Assembly: GCF_963921235.1 (NCBI RefSeq)
Contig: NC_086109.1
Span: 15,812,001 to 15,876,000 of the forward strand
Direction of reading: 5' to 3'
DNA from: Mobula hypostoma
Taxonomy: Eukaryota
DNA: 64,000 nt
The translations under genes were made by a program, and so were the position numbers. Below the pieces are notes generated by a model. It ran no database searches, was not told where the DNA came from, and was given only the letters and a program-made list of their open reading frames with translations. This document shows, piece by piece, positions 50,851 through 63,310 of this stretch. Position 1 is the first letter of the stretch, and every line of letters starts with the position of its first letter.

Positions 50851-52629
50851 CTGTCCTTTTGTATCACAACTTCTTCTTAAATGCTCTCTGAAATTTCCTC
50901 TGAATCCCCACTCTTTTTTTTATTATTAATAACTATCTTTGTTTCTGGTCACCAGTTCCCATTTTAGACATTTCCACAAGAGGAAAAACCATCGCTACTG
51001 CCAGATTAACCATTATCATAATCCTAAAATTCTAAACCAGATCGTGGAGTTCCAGCCAGAAGTCCAGAACAAAGCGATGCCTCCTCATAATCAAAGCTTT
51101 CCTGTAAATGAATCATGCCACACCCTTTCCCCAATCAATCTGCGGGTGCAGGCAGTCAAGACTGGGATCATAAACACAAGAGATTCTGCAGATGTTGGTA
51201 ATCTGAGCAATTTTCCCCACCCTCAAACTTCTTATTCTAGCTTCTGCTCCCTTTCTTTCCAGTCCTGATGAAGCCTTTTAGCCCGAAATGTTGACTCCTT
51301 ATTCCCCTCCATAGATGCACAAGTGGGATCAATAGGCTTTTAACTGTAATGGATGTCAGGAGATAGGGGCCGGAGTATGGTGGATGGAGTTGAGGAGCAG
51401 ATGACACGTCGTGTACCAGAACAATGGAGCATCTTGAGCAGATGACCTTCTCCTGTTCATAAATCTCCATACCTCAGTGCTGTCATAGAATGCAGAACAT
51501 TACAACACAGTACAGTGCAGGCCCTTAAGCCCATGATGTTGTTATGAACTTTTAACCTACTCTAAGATCAATCTAACCCTTCTTTCCTATATAATGCTCA
51601 ATTTTTCTATCATCCATGTACCTATGTAAGAGTTTCTTAAATGCCCCTAATGTATCTGCCTCTACCACCACCCCTGGCAGAGTGTCCCATGCACCCACTA
51701 CTCTGTATGTAAATAACTTACCTCCGACATTCCACACACTCCCATGACTTCCTCCAATCACAAAATTATGCCCTCGCATCAGAAAGCATTTCTGGTTTCC
51801 ACCCTCGGAAAAAGTCTCTGGCTGTCCACTCGATCTATGTTTATAGTCCTGTGCATCTCTATGAAGGCACCTCTCATGCTCCTCGCCAAAGAGAAAAGCC
51901 CTAGCTTGCTCAACCGTTCATCATATCACATGCTCTCTGATCCAGTCAGCATTCTGGTGAACCTCCTCTGCACCCTCTCTTAAGCTTCCACATCCTATAA
52001 TGAGATGACCAGAATGGAACACAATACTCAAAATATGAGTCTAACCAGAATTTTAGAGAGCGGCAACATTACCTCTTAGTTCTTCAGCTATTTTCACTTT
52101 GTTTCCCAATAAAAAGAGGCAACTTTCTCCTTGTCTACTTTTGAAAGCATGTTTGTGTTTGCATCTCTAAGGACAAAATGCCAGAAGGATAACTCAATAT
52201 TGGCTCTGCAGTCATACCCATTTAATGGATGATTGCTCTGAGAGAAATGGCTCAGCATACTCAATGGCACTAGAAGCCCAGATGTCACATCAAATCCTAC
52301 TGACGTTCACAGCAGCAGACTAGATCAGAAACACAGCCAAAACGTTCAGTGATTTCTTTCAATGAGGAAGAAAGGCTCATCTCTCCCTTGCTTGGTGGTG
52401 ATTACAGCTGTTGTGAATTTTAAGATCTGAACACTGAATTTATACCAAGGGAGATCAGTTAATGAATCTTTAACTGTTTCACCTGATGGTCTACTCTCTG
52501 TTCCAGCAGAGACCAAATCCTTTTGTTTAAAAAAAAGATAAGCATTCAATTAAAATAGTAGGAAAGGGAACTGCATTAAACAAAGAAAACGCTGCTTGTC
52601 TTCTCGGACCCAGTATACTTTATAGTTAA

Positions 52630-52960
52630 GGAATTTATTTTGAAATGTTCTTTCCGCTGTAATATTGGAAATACAGCAGGTAATTTTCACATAGCACGAC
52701 CCAGAAATAAGTAATGTGATAATAATCTACTGTATGTATACTTGTTATGCTGATTGTGTCAGCCAGGGCACTGGGGATGACCCCTTCTTCTTTCCCTTGT
52801 TCAGATAAGTTCCAGGAGATCTATTACCTGCACCAGATAAGGCAGTGTTCAAGGCAACGTCCAAGCACTCCCTCAATGCTCCACTGTTCTGCTGCCCGAA
52901 TTTAACAGTAAAGCAAGAAATGAACCTTCTGAGAGTTCTGCTCTCTCTATCCCATCCTCC
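52630..52960 (-). mobile_element. Ancient DeuSINE (SacSINE1-like) remnant
   Basis: aatgtgataat, gccagggcactggggatgacccc and gcactccctcaatgctccact follow the recalled antisense Deu-domain order; degenerate. Confidence 0.6.
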
Positions 52961-53149
52961 CTGAGATGCTACTGGTGGGAAATTGAACATTTTTCCAATT
53001 CAAGGACCTAACAAATAAAGTCAGGGAAAGCACCACTCCATTCATCTGGTAATTCTCCAAGTCTGATGTGGAGCTTCTCAGAATCAGGGTTATTATCACC
53101 AACTTACGCTGTGAAATTTGTTGTTTCGAGGCGGTGTTGAGGTGATCAC

Positions 53150-53530
53150 TCAAGTGGTCCCCTAAAAGTTATTTCCCTAATGGGGAACTCCTAAGTGTGA
53201 CTTTGCTTCATGTACTCAGGCAGCCACCCACATGGTCCTTGACAGACCGGGGATCAGGATCCAGTGGCATAGCATGCAAGACGACGGGTGTCCTTTCACT
53301 GCTGTTGTGATGTGTCATCGTCTTCTGCCAACCCCACTGTTGTGTCACTCTGTCAGAAACCTGTGATTAGGCAAGTGTTAAATAAGTGGGTAAATAAATA
53401 AATAAATAACTTCTCCCTTGACCTTACCGCAATGGGTGACCCTACCAGGAGCCAAGCTTCGGACCACATTGCTCTCGGGATCGCAGAAACTCACAAGCCC
53501 TCCCCACCCGACAAGGTGATGATCCTTGGA
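53150..53530 (-). mobile_element. RTE-type 5' end derivative
   Basis: Minus strand caccttgtcgggtggggagggcttg...ctcctggtagggtcacccattgcggtaaggtc resembles the RTE (Expander/Rex3-type) 5' motif. Confidence 0.6.
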
Positions 53531-53811
53531 AATGATGTCTTAGTGGTACAGTGCAAGATATAAAAAATTACTATAAGTTACTAAATAAAATTCTATGTTG
53601 GGTCCGCTTTTAAAAATACCAAAGTAGTCTGCACTCATAGTGAAGTCCTGCCGGTGTGATCCACTGATGAGTGCTAGGTGAATTTCACAGAGTGCTCTCT
53701 ATTCATGGGTTGAGTGTACTTATAGATATCTGCATGTGTCTTAATGAAGATCTAAAATGGATATCAGCAACCATGAAGGACCTTTTTTTCCAATCCATTG
53801 TATAGTGTAGC

Positions 53812-56380
53812 TAAAAGTTATATGTCACCACATACAAACTTGAGATTTGTTTCTTGTGAGTGTACACAGAAAGTCCAAGAAGCACAAAAGAATTGATGAA
53901 AGACCACACACAACAGGATGGATATGAACCAATGTGCAAAAACAACAAACTCTGCAAATACAAAATAAAATTAATAATAATAATAAAATAATAAATAAGC
54001 AATACTTATCAAGAACGTGAGATGAGGAGTTCTTGAAAGTGAGCCCATAGCTTGTGGGAAGAGTTCACTGAAGGAGCAAGTGAAGATGAGTGAGGTTATC
54101 CCCTCGGGTTCAAGAGCCTTTTGGTTGAGGGGTAATAACTGAGGCTCCTGTACCTTCTTCCCGATGGCAGCAGTGAGAAGAGAGGAAATCCTGATGATGG
54201 ATGCTGTGACAGTACTCCACGTAGATGTGCTCAAGGAGGAGAGTGCTTTGTCCCATTTACTACTACCTGTATTTACTACTTTCTAAAGGGTTTTCCATTC
54301 AAAGGCATTGGTGTTTCCATACCAAGCTGTGATGCATCTATAGAAATTTGTCAAAGTTTTAGATGTCATGCAGAATGTTTGCAAACTTCTAAGGAAATGG
54401 AGGCACTGCCATGCTTTCTTTATAATGGTACATATTTGCTGGGCCCAGGACAGATTCCCAAAGAGAAGACCGAGGAATTTAAAGTTGCTGATCCTCTCCA
54501 CCTCTATCCCACAATGAGGATTGTCTGGTAGACCTTTGGTTTCCTCCTTCTAAAGTCAATAATCAGCTTCTTGGTCTCGCTGATATTGTGTGAGAAGTTG
54601 TTGATGCGGCACCACTCAGCCAGATTTTCACTCTCTCTCCTACTTGCTGACTCATCACCACCTTCGATTCAGCCAATGAAACTCAAACAGGGCTTAGCTT
54701 CACAGTCGTAAGTGTAAAGTGAGTAGAGCAGGGGGCTAAGCACACAGCCTTGTGATGCACCTGTGCCGATGGAGATCGTGGAGGAGATGTTTTTGCCAAT
54801 CTGAACTGACTGGGGTCTGCAAGTGAGGAAATCGAGGACCCAATTGTACAAGGAGGTATTGAGGGCAAGGTCTTGAAGATTATTGACTAGTTTTGAGGGG
54901 ATGGTAGTATTGAATGTCAAGCTGCAGTTGATAAAGAACATCCTGATATATGCACCTTTTCTGTCCAGATGTTCCAGGATTGAGTGAACAGCCAATGAGG
55001 TGGCATCTGCTGTGGACCTGTTGCAACAGTAGGTATATTGGAATGGGTCCATGTCGCTTCTCAGGCAGGAGCTGATATAATTCATCAACAATCTCTCAAA
55101 GCACTTCATCACTGTGGCTGTCAGCATGGCTGGACGATAGTCATTGAGACAGGTTGCCATGTTCTTCTTTGGCTCTAGTGTAATTGAAGCCTGCCAGGAG
55201 CAGACGGGTACCTCAGACTGACAAAATGAGAGATAAGGATATTGGTGACTCTCCAGCCAGATGATCAGCACAGGTCTTTGGTGCTCCATCTGGCACGGAT
55301 GCTTTCCGTGGGTTCACCATCCTGAAGGATGTTCTCATGCCGGTCGCAGAGCCTGAAATCACGGAGTCATTGGGAGCTGTGGGAGTTCGTGAAGGTTCCT
55401 CCATGTTTTGAATGTCAAAGCAAGCAAAGAAGACATTGAGGTCATCTAGGAGCAAAGTTTTCCTGTCAGCAGTATTGTTTGGTTTCACGTTGTAAGAAGT
55501 AACGGCATTCAAGCTCTGAACCAGCTGTTGAGCGTCCTTCAGTGATTCGAGTTTGGTCTGGAATTGCACACATCACACGTGAGATGGCTTTCCGGAGTTC
55601 ATATGTGGACTTCTTATATCTTACTTGGTAGCCAGACCTGAATGCCACTGATCAGGCCTCAGTAGGTTGTGGATCTCGTGGTTCATCCAGGGCTTCTAGT
55701 TGGGGAAGACTCTAAATGATTTTGTGGGGACACAGTCATCTACAACTGCTTTTATGAAGTGCATAATAACCGTGGAGTATTCATCCTCTGATGAGACCTT
55801 GAATATGCACCAACTTGAAGCAAACCTGTAGCCACTCCTCTGTCTCCATTGACCACCCCTTTGTTGTTCTCATCTATGGAGCCTTGCTCTTTAGCCTCTA
55901 CCTGTAGAAGAACAGGCAAGTGATCAGATTTCCCCAAATGTAGTCTAGGCATGGAATGGTAGGCATTCCTATTCATAGTATAGTAGTAGTTGAGTGTGTT
56001 GAGGCCCCTGGTGCTGCAGGTTATATATTGATGATAGTTGGGCAAAGATTTCTTCAAACAAGCCTAACTGAAGTCCTCAACAATGATTTGAAAGATGTCG
56101 GGGTAGACTGTTTCTTGTCTGGTGGTGGCAGTGTTTAATATCTTGAGTGTCTGATTAATGTTGGCTTTTGGCTTGTGTAAACTGAAGTCAGGATCATGAA
56201 AGAGCATTCTCTTGGTCAGTAGAATGGTCAACATTTAGTTGTTAGGTGTTCCACGTCAGAGGAACAAGAATGCGACAAGAACGCTGTATCTGAGAACCAC
56301 AAAGAGTATTTCATGAAACACGGACACCCCCACCCCCACCTTTTTCCTTCTCTGAGTCAGCTGTCCAGTCTGTGTATCAA
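53812..56380 (-). pseudogene. Decayed long Rex1/Babar LINE (endonuclease, RT, 3' UTR)
   Basis: [55 protein letters not shown] in shifting frames. Confidence 0.9.
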
Positions 56381-57439
56381 AGTTCAAAGTTCAAAGTAAA
56401 TTTATTATCAAAGTGTATCTATGTCACCATATCCAACCCTGGGATTCATTTTCTTGTGGGCATACTCAATAAATCCATAATAGAGTAATAACTATAATAG
56501 AATAGTGAAAGACCACACCAACTTGAAAGTTCAACTAGGGTGCAAGAGACAACAAACCATGCAAATACAAAAATAAAGATATAATAATAAATAAATAAGC
56601 AGTAAATATTGAGAACATGAGATGAAGAGTCCTTGAAAGTGAGTCTATAGGTTGTGAGAACATTTCAGTGATAGGAAGCCCTCAGGTCTTACCGACATAA
56701 CAGGCATATCCAGAGTGGGCCATGTCTCCATGAAACACAGAACACAGCAATTTCTCATTTATCTCTGATACAGCAATCTTGCCCTTAGGTCCTCAGTCTT
56801 GTTCTCCAGTGCCTGTAAGTTATCCTACAAGATGCTGGGAGGAGGAACTTCAATTCTTTGTTGTTTCAGCTCGGTTTGGAGTCCTCCCCATCTCCCTTTT
56901 TCCAGCCATGGAAATGTACCTTGAGGGTGCCACATCTGCATACTTGTAAGTTAAATCCACAGAGTCCTTCAGAAGATTGTGAAATAGTAGTTCATTAATA
57001 TAGTTCAAATGTATGTTGCAAAGGGGAAATTACAGGCCGCAGATTGTACTGAGTAATACAGAAGAGGTATATTTAGAAGTTTTGTAAGCAGCCCGCAACA
57101 TATTGCCGTGGTTCATCGGTGCCATCTTATCAGAAAAAAAAATGTTATACACTCAGCTAGGACTTTCTAGACCACATTGCTTAGGAAAAATGTTAAAGTC
57201 AGACATATCCTCACGAGCAGACATAAGTAATCCTATGATTCCATCTCAAAGCAGGTAAGGTTTTCCAGTCAATATTTACCCTCTCTCCCTCACCCCTCCC
57301 CAATTGACGCACAAGAGACTGCAGAGACTAGAAATTTAATGGTTCATTTGTTATTTGTTTTGGAATTTCACCATCATTTCCCATTTAATTAAAACAAAGG
57401 GACTCCAAGGCCTTGTCTGTTTGAAATATAATATTTCAG

Positions 57440-57640
57440 TTGTAAATGATCCCCTGGCATTCTCACCCAGAATGGATTATCTGCTAATTATCACACTGCT
57501 GTTTGTGGGAGTTTGTTTTGTACAGATTAGCTGTTACACAGCAGTGAAGCGGCTGTGCCTGCTATTTTATAACAGTGACTGACCATCGAGTTTTGGGAAT
57601 GTTATGAGGTCACTAAATACAGACAAGTTCGTATCTTGCT
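57440..57640 (+). mobile_element. Ancient DeuSINE (SacSINE1-like) remnant
   Basis: gattatctgctaattatcacactgctgtttgtgggagtttg...aacagtgact resembles the Deu core. Confidence 0.65.
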
Positions 57641-58289
57641 TATACATTTTTAAATTCTATTTTCCTCAGTGCTCTTTAATCCTTTGTCAGATAATCCTGT
57701 TTTCTCCATCTAAACTTCCTAAACATTTTGAATATGATGTATTATGCATTTTTCTCTTTTGAGAATACACCTGTGTTTCTACTGGACTATTACCAGCAGC
57801 TTCAAGCCCTCTGGGTTAAATACGTGACCACACAAGAGAATTTCAACTAAGATTCCACACAACATGGAGATATTAATGACTGTTGACTTATCAACTATCC
57901 CCACATAAATGGTCATTATTTCAGATTTGTTTTTAGCAATTTTCCACAAAAGTTTGTAAAACTGAGTGGCTTGTTGAATAGTGAGAATTTCTAATGAAAG
58001 GATCTGGAGAACCTGAGGGATTTTCTGTTTCAGATAAAAAATCTCAGCTGTAAATGCATTAAGACCATAAAACATAGGAGTAGAATTAGGCTATTCAGCC
58101 TATCGAGTCTGTTTTGCTGTTCCATCATAGCTGATTTATTTTCCCTCTCAATTCCAGTCTCTTACCTTCTCCCCCAACCTTTGATGCTCTTACTAATTGA
58201 GAACCTATTGACATCCACTTTAAATATGCCAATATTTAGACAAAGCTACCTGTGGCAATAAATTCCACTGATTCACCACCCTCTGGTTT

Positions 58290-59013
58290 AAGATGGTGCT
58301 GGTGAAGGCCAGCCACTACTTGTCGGCGGCAATCAAACCAAAGAAAGCAACTAAATACTTTATTAAGTAGACATTGTACCGCAGACAATGGAGAGGCGAT
58401 TGGAGGTGAGGCACAGTCAAGGTGAGTGGAGGCAGGCAGGTGCAAGGCAGAGTTGAGGCGAGCGGAGGTGTGGCGGAATTGAGGCAGAGTCGAGGCCTAT
58501 TCCCGAGAGCAAGGTAAGATCCAAGGTCTGATTGAATTAAGTGCCTGGCTGAATTGGAAAGGTTGGGTACGGGCCAAATCGTGGCAGTGGGTCCCAGAGC
58601 ATTTCGAAGCGATAGGGCCTGGATCCGAGAGCGAGGAATGACCTGCTATTTGGACAATTTAAGCGCCGGGCCAGATTGAAAAGGTCAGGGTGTTGGGACT
58701 GGAGACAAAAGTTCTGCTCGCAGCTCTGCAATGACTGAAGCTGTGATCTGATCCAGCTACAGTGATGCCTGACTTCATGTCTGTGGACTCACTTTCATAA
58801 AAATTCAGTTCTGAATGCTATCTGATTACCTTTGTTGTTTGTATGATTTGTTATATTTTTCTCTCTCTTTGCATATTGGATGTTTGACAGTCTTTTTTTA
58901 AAGGGTTCTTTCTTTTGGGTTTCTTTGTTTTGTAGCTGCCTGTAAGGAGATGAAACCCAAGGTTGTGTAATGTAAACATACTTCGATAATAAATGTATTT
59001 TGACGTTTGAACT
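58290..59013 (+). mobile_element. Rex1-related non-autonomous element inserted in a CR1 3' UTR
   Basis: aagatggtg start, Rex1-type tail; host ccctctgg...aaagaaatcctcatctc rejoins across it. Confidence 0.65.
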
Positions 59014-59991
59014 TTAAAGAAATCCTCATCTCTGTTCTAAAAGGATGTACTGGTGTTCTAAGGTTGTGCCCTCTGGTCTTAGACTCCCCCACAACTGGAA
59101 GCCTCCCCTGCATTTCAACTCCATACAGGCCTCTCAATATGCAGTAGGTTTCAATGAGGATATACCAATGATGTATCTAACCAAATGTAATAAATCTGAA
59201 CCAAATATTACATGCTTCAATGGCAGCTTCAACCCTGCTGTTATAAGACTATTGAATGGTTTCCTGGTACGATAAACTGGACTCTTGATATCAGAGTTTA
59301 CCTCATGATCTTGTACCTTGCTGTTTATCAGCACTGCACTTTCTCTGTAGCTGTTACACTGTATTCTGCATTGTTATTATTTTACCTTGTTCTACCTCAA
59401 TGCACAGTGTAATGACTTGATATGAATGAACAGTATGCAAGCCACGTTTGTCATTACAACTCGGTACGTGTAGCAATAATAACCAATTCCTATTCAGGCC
59501 AATATATGGCTCAGTGGTGTGGAGGGCAAATTGCAAATGAAATACTAACAGATCCAGAGGCAATTTTATATCCGATGGTTAGTTAGGCATTGTGTCGCTG
59601 AAATTATTGATCCTCCAGGTAAGTTTGCACAGATTCCTGGATCCTAAATTGGCTGTCCGTCCCAGTATGAATTAACTCCCCCGCATTTTCCAGCAATTAC
59701 ACTCAGTGACCATCTTATTAGGTATACCTGTTCGTTAATGCAAATACTTATTCAGCCAATCATGTGGCAGCAACTCAACTCAAAAGCATGAAAGAGGTTC
59801 AGTTGTTGTTGAGTCCTACTGGATTATGTGACTGTGGTAGTCCAGAGACAGTCCAGCATGTTTTGCTGAGCTGTTAATTGATACAAAGTTGAAAGAAGCA
59901 TGTTGTTCAAGAGGCTATCTGCCTTAAATTTATTTTGGTTTTCTAATAATTTTTTGTTTGGCCATCAAGAGAATCAACATCTGATTGAAGA

Positions 59992-60654
59992 AACACACAT
60001 CAAAGTTGCTGGTGAACGCAGCAGGCCAGGCAGCATCTCTAGGAAGAAGTACAGTCGACGTTTCAGGCCGAGATCCTTCGTCAGGGCTAACTGAAGGAAG
60101 AGTTAATAAGAGATTTGAAAGTGGGAGGGGGAGGGGGAGATCCAAAATGATAGGAGAAGACAGGAGGGAGAGGGATGGAGCCAAAAACTGGCCTCCAATC
60201 TGATGGCATGAACATTGACTTCTCTAACTTCCGCTAATGCTCCATCTCCCCCTCGTACCCCATCCGTTATTTATTTATATACACACATTCTTTCTCTCTC
60301 TCTCCTTTTTCTCCCTCTGTCCCTCTGTCCCTTTGCCCATCCTCTGGGTTCCTCCCCCCTGTCTTTCTCCCCAGACCTCCTGTCCCATGATCCTCTCATA
60401 TCCCCTTTGCCAATTACCTGTCCAGCTCTTGGCTCCATCCCTCCCCCTCCTGTCTTCTCCTATCATTTTGGATCTCCCCCTACCCCTGCCGCTTTCAAAT
60501 CTCTTACTAACTCTTCCTTCAGTTAGTCCTGACGAAGGGTCTCGGCCTGAAACGTCGACTGCACCTCTTCCTAGAGATGCTGCCTGGCCTGCTGCGTTCA
60601 CCAGCAACTTTGATGTGTGTTGCTTGAATTTCCAGCATCTGCAGAATTCCTGTT
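59992..60654 (+). mobile_element. Young Penelope-like element 3' end with inverted terminal repeat copy
   Basis: 13-bp TSD ATCTGATTGAAGA (59979-59991 / 60655-60667); LQSDGMNIDFSNFR* resembling a PLE GIY-YIG C-terminus near 60190-60236; 59992-60183 is the reverse complement of ~60430-60620. Confidence 0.85.
60525..60560 (+). ncRNA. Minimal type I hammerhead ribozyme motif
   Basis: AGTC-CTGACGA-A-GGGTCTCGGCCT-GAAA-CGTC-GACT: intact core boxes, stem I AGTC/GACT, stem II, GUC triplet, palindromic ACGT in place of stem III. Confidence 0.7.
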
Positions 60655-60790
60655 ATCTGATTGAAGAGTTTATTATTCAGTTTATATGTGAGACTAGGTT
60701 ATATTCGAGAATTTGAGTTCCTTAAAGTTCTATAATTAATTATACATCCTGCGGAGGGCTGTAATATGCCTAGATACGTCTAAACAGCTG

Positions 60791-60826
60791 GAAGAAGAAG
60801 AAGAAGAAGAAGAAGAAGAAGAAGAA
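60791..60826. repeat. (GAA)n microsatellite (LINE tail)
   Basis: Direct reading. Confidence 0.95.
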
Positions 60827-60847
60827 AAATAAGAAGTTGTTGTTGAG

Positions 60848-61370
60848 AAAATGTGGAAATGCACATTGGTATCAGTAAAGCAGAGGTTAAGTGTGTAATC
60901 TGGGAAAAAAAATCAACCAAATGTGGCAAGAAAGATGGGACGGAGGGGAAAGGGAGGCATTTACATCAGATGCAAAAGAGTGTTGCAGGTACTAGGGTAG
61001 GTAGTGGATACAGAAGAGAGGAAACTGTGTGGACTAGGTTAAGGCTGGGGCACTGTGCATTAAACAAAACATTGAAAATGATGGGGAAACACCAGACAGG
61101 ATTGTGTGAGGAATGTCAGGAAGAGGAGTCAGTAGAACATGTAGTTCTGAGTTGCAGGAAGTATGGGATACAGAGAGAGATGATGATAATCAGTCTAAGG
61201 GAATTGGGGGTGCAGGAATTCACATTAAGAAGGTTGCTGGGCATGGGTGAGAGAGCACAGGTCAGGGTATTTTTAGCTTTCTTAAGTACAGCGTTTTTTT
61301 TATAGGATATAATGGATAAGCAGGAATAGGGTACTAGGATGGCCAAAGATGGGAGGATAAAGTGTAGGTT

Positions 61371-61426
<56 letters not shown>

Positions 61427-61544
61427 TGATTGGGTGAAGGGATTTGGAATGTAAGTCTATTGCACACTGCGGAGCAGAAGGTGGTGGTAATGCAACATTA
61501 AGCTGGGTGCCAACCGCCGTAAAACAAGACGGAGAAGAAAAAGG
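60848..61544 (+). mobile_element. I/Nimb-clade LINE 3' end B
   Basis: ORF 60853..61305 with RREETVWTRLRLGH and CEEC-x7-EH-x4-C knuckle; 3' end ggtggtggtaatgca...gccaaccgccgtaaaacaag with GAA-type tail. Confidence 0.85.
61374..61424. repeat. (TG)n microsatellite
   Basis: Direct reading. Confidence 0.95.
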
Positions 61545-63310
61545 AGTTGTTATTGAGACCCAACATCAGAATGGGAAAGAAAAGTGGACTATGTGACTTT
61601 GACCATGACTGAAGAATGATTTTGGTGTCCGAGAGAGTGGTTTGAGAATCTCAGAAACTGCTGATCTCCTGGGATTTTAGTGCACAACACTCTCTAGAAT
61701 TTACAGAGAATGATGTGAAAAGCTAAAAAATGATATCCAGTGAGCACCTGTTCTATGGGTGACAATGCCTTCTTAATGAGAGAGTTCAGAGGAGAATGGC
61801 CAGACTGGTTCAAGCTGACAGGAAGGTGACAGTAACTCAGATAACCACTCATTACAACAGTGGTGTGCAGAAGAGCATCTCTGAATGCACAACATGTCAA
61901 ACCTTGAATTGGATGGGCTACAGCAGTAGAAGACCATGAACATACACTCAGTGGTTACTCTATTAGATACAGGAGTTATGTAATAAAGTAGCCACTGTGT
62001 GTTGATGCTGTCTATTAGTGCCCATTTGAGGCTATTTTATCTTCTCATGCTCAATAAATGGCTTTGTTCAGTTGGTGGATCAGGGTGAGGACTCTGTGAA
62101 AGGTTGTCAAGAGGTGTAGCTGGTTATCATTCTGTATGTTAAAGTGTTAATGATACTTATTCAAGAAAGCATGCTTTAACCCAAGGACAACTCTGTCATT
62201 TCCTCTCGCGCACATAGGAGCATCTGATATATCGTGTATTGCCACAAACAATTTTCTTCATTGAAATCTGTAGTATTACTGGATTGAAAACAAACCTCCC
62301 AAGGCTGAGGGGAGCTGCGAATGCAAGTAAAAGAAGCCTTCAATTCAGATTTAAGCGTCTCCCTTTGTGCAGAAGGACAGAAACTTGGAGAAGTTTGAAC
62401 ACAAGACCCCCAGCGGTTTCCCCTTCATGCTTTAAGATCACTGATAAAAAAAAATAGCTTTCCCAACTAATTCCCAAATCCTAAGGCTTCCATTGTATCC
62501 AAAAATCTATTGATCTCAATCATGAATATACCGAACAGCTTCATCTCTGCAGGGCTAAAGAATGTTAAGGATTTACGGCCCTCTGGGCAAAGAAAAATTC
62601 TCCTCAGCTCAGTTCTAAATGACAGATCTTTTTTTCCTGTGAACACAATACTTTGGAGGACTGGTGGTTACAAAGAAAAGACTAATGTATTTTCAGAAGA
62701 ATCTTTCTATGCTATTTAGAAAATTCTGAAGCATTTAGTAGCCAAAATAATGATCAGAGGTTCAAAAGAGGATAGGATAAACTGAGAGAAGCTGAACTCA
62801 TTGTCTGTGGTGGTGGAATAAGAGTCAAAAAGAAATTAGAGAAAGAACCCAGAATGAGGGAAAAGAGCAGGAGAATGGAACTGACAAGGTTATGGCAGGC
62901 TGCCATCAATTTGATGGGCTGAAGAGCCTCCTTCTGTGCTATAACATTCTGTTAGATGTCTATAAGTAATGTCTACAGTCTATAGGGGCCCTCATTGTTT
63001 TATATACCTTAATGTTGCCTTCTAACCTCCTCTGCTCCTCGGACAACAGACCTAGCTTCTCCAGTCTCTCCCCACGTGTGAACTGCTCAACTGTAAGCAA
63101 AATCAGGTGACTCTCCTCTGCACTCTCTCCAGCGCTATCACATCCTCCCTACAGATCAGAACTGCACCCAGTACTCGAGCTGATTTAATAAAGAAAGAAT
63201 AGAAATTTCCTACTTCTACGTTCAGTGCCCTGACTAATGAAGACCAGGGTCTTGTAGGCCTTCCTAACCACATTATTTACCTGCATTGCTACCTTCAGGA
63301 AGCTACTCAT

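Larger units (their letters stand above)
59814..60834 (+). mobile_element. I/Nimb-clade LINE 3' end A (interrupted by a Penelope-like insert)
   Basis: Encodes PTGLCDCGSPETVQHVLLSC (CCHC knuckle) ... FIIQFICETRLYSRI*; (GAA)n tail; 13-bp TSD. Confidence 0.8.
59700..62001 (+). mobile_element. Tc1/mariner deletion derivative, copy 3, split by nested insertions
   Basis: Left part 59700-59813 and right part 61545-62001 are colinear with copies 1 and 2. Confidence 0.85.

Noticed and set aside
60237..60716. 159-aa Leu/Pro-rich ORF and its antisense partner
   Set aside because: Low-complexity reading of the Penelope terminal repeat
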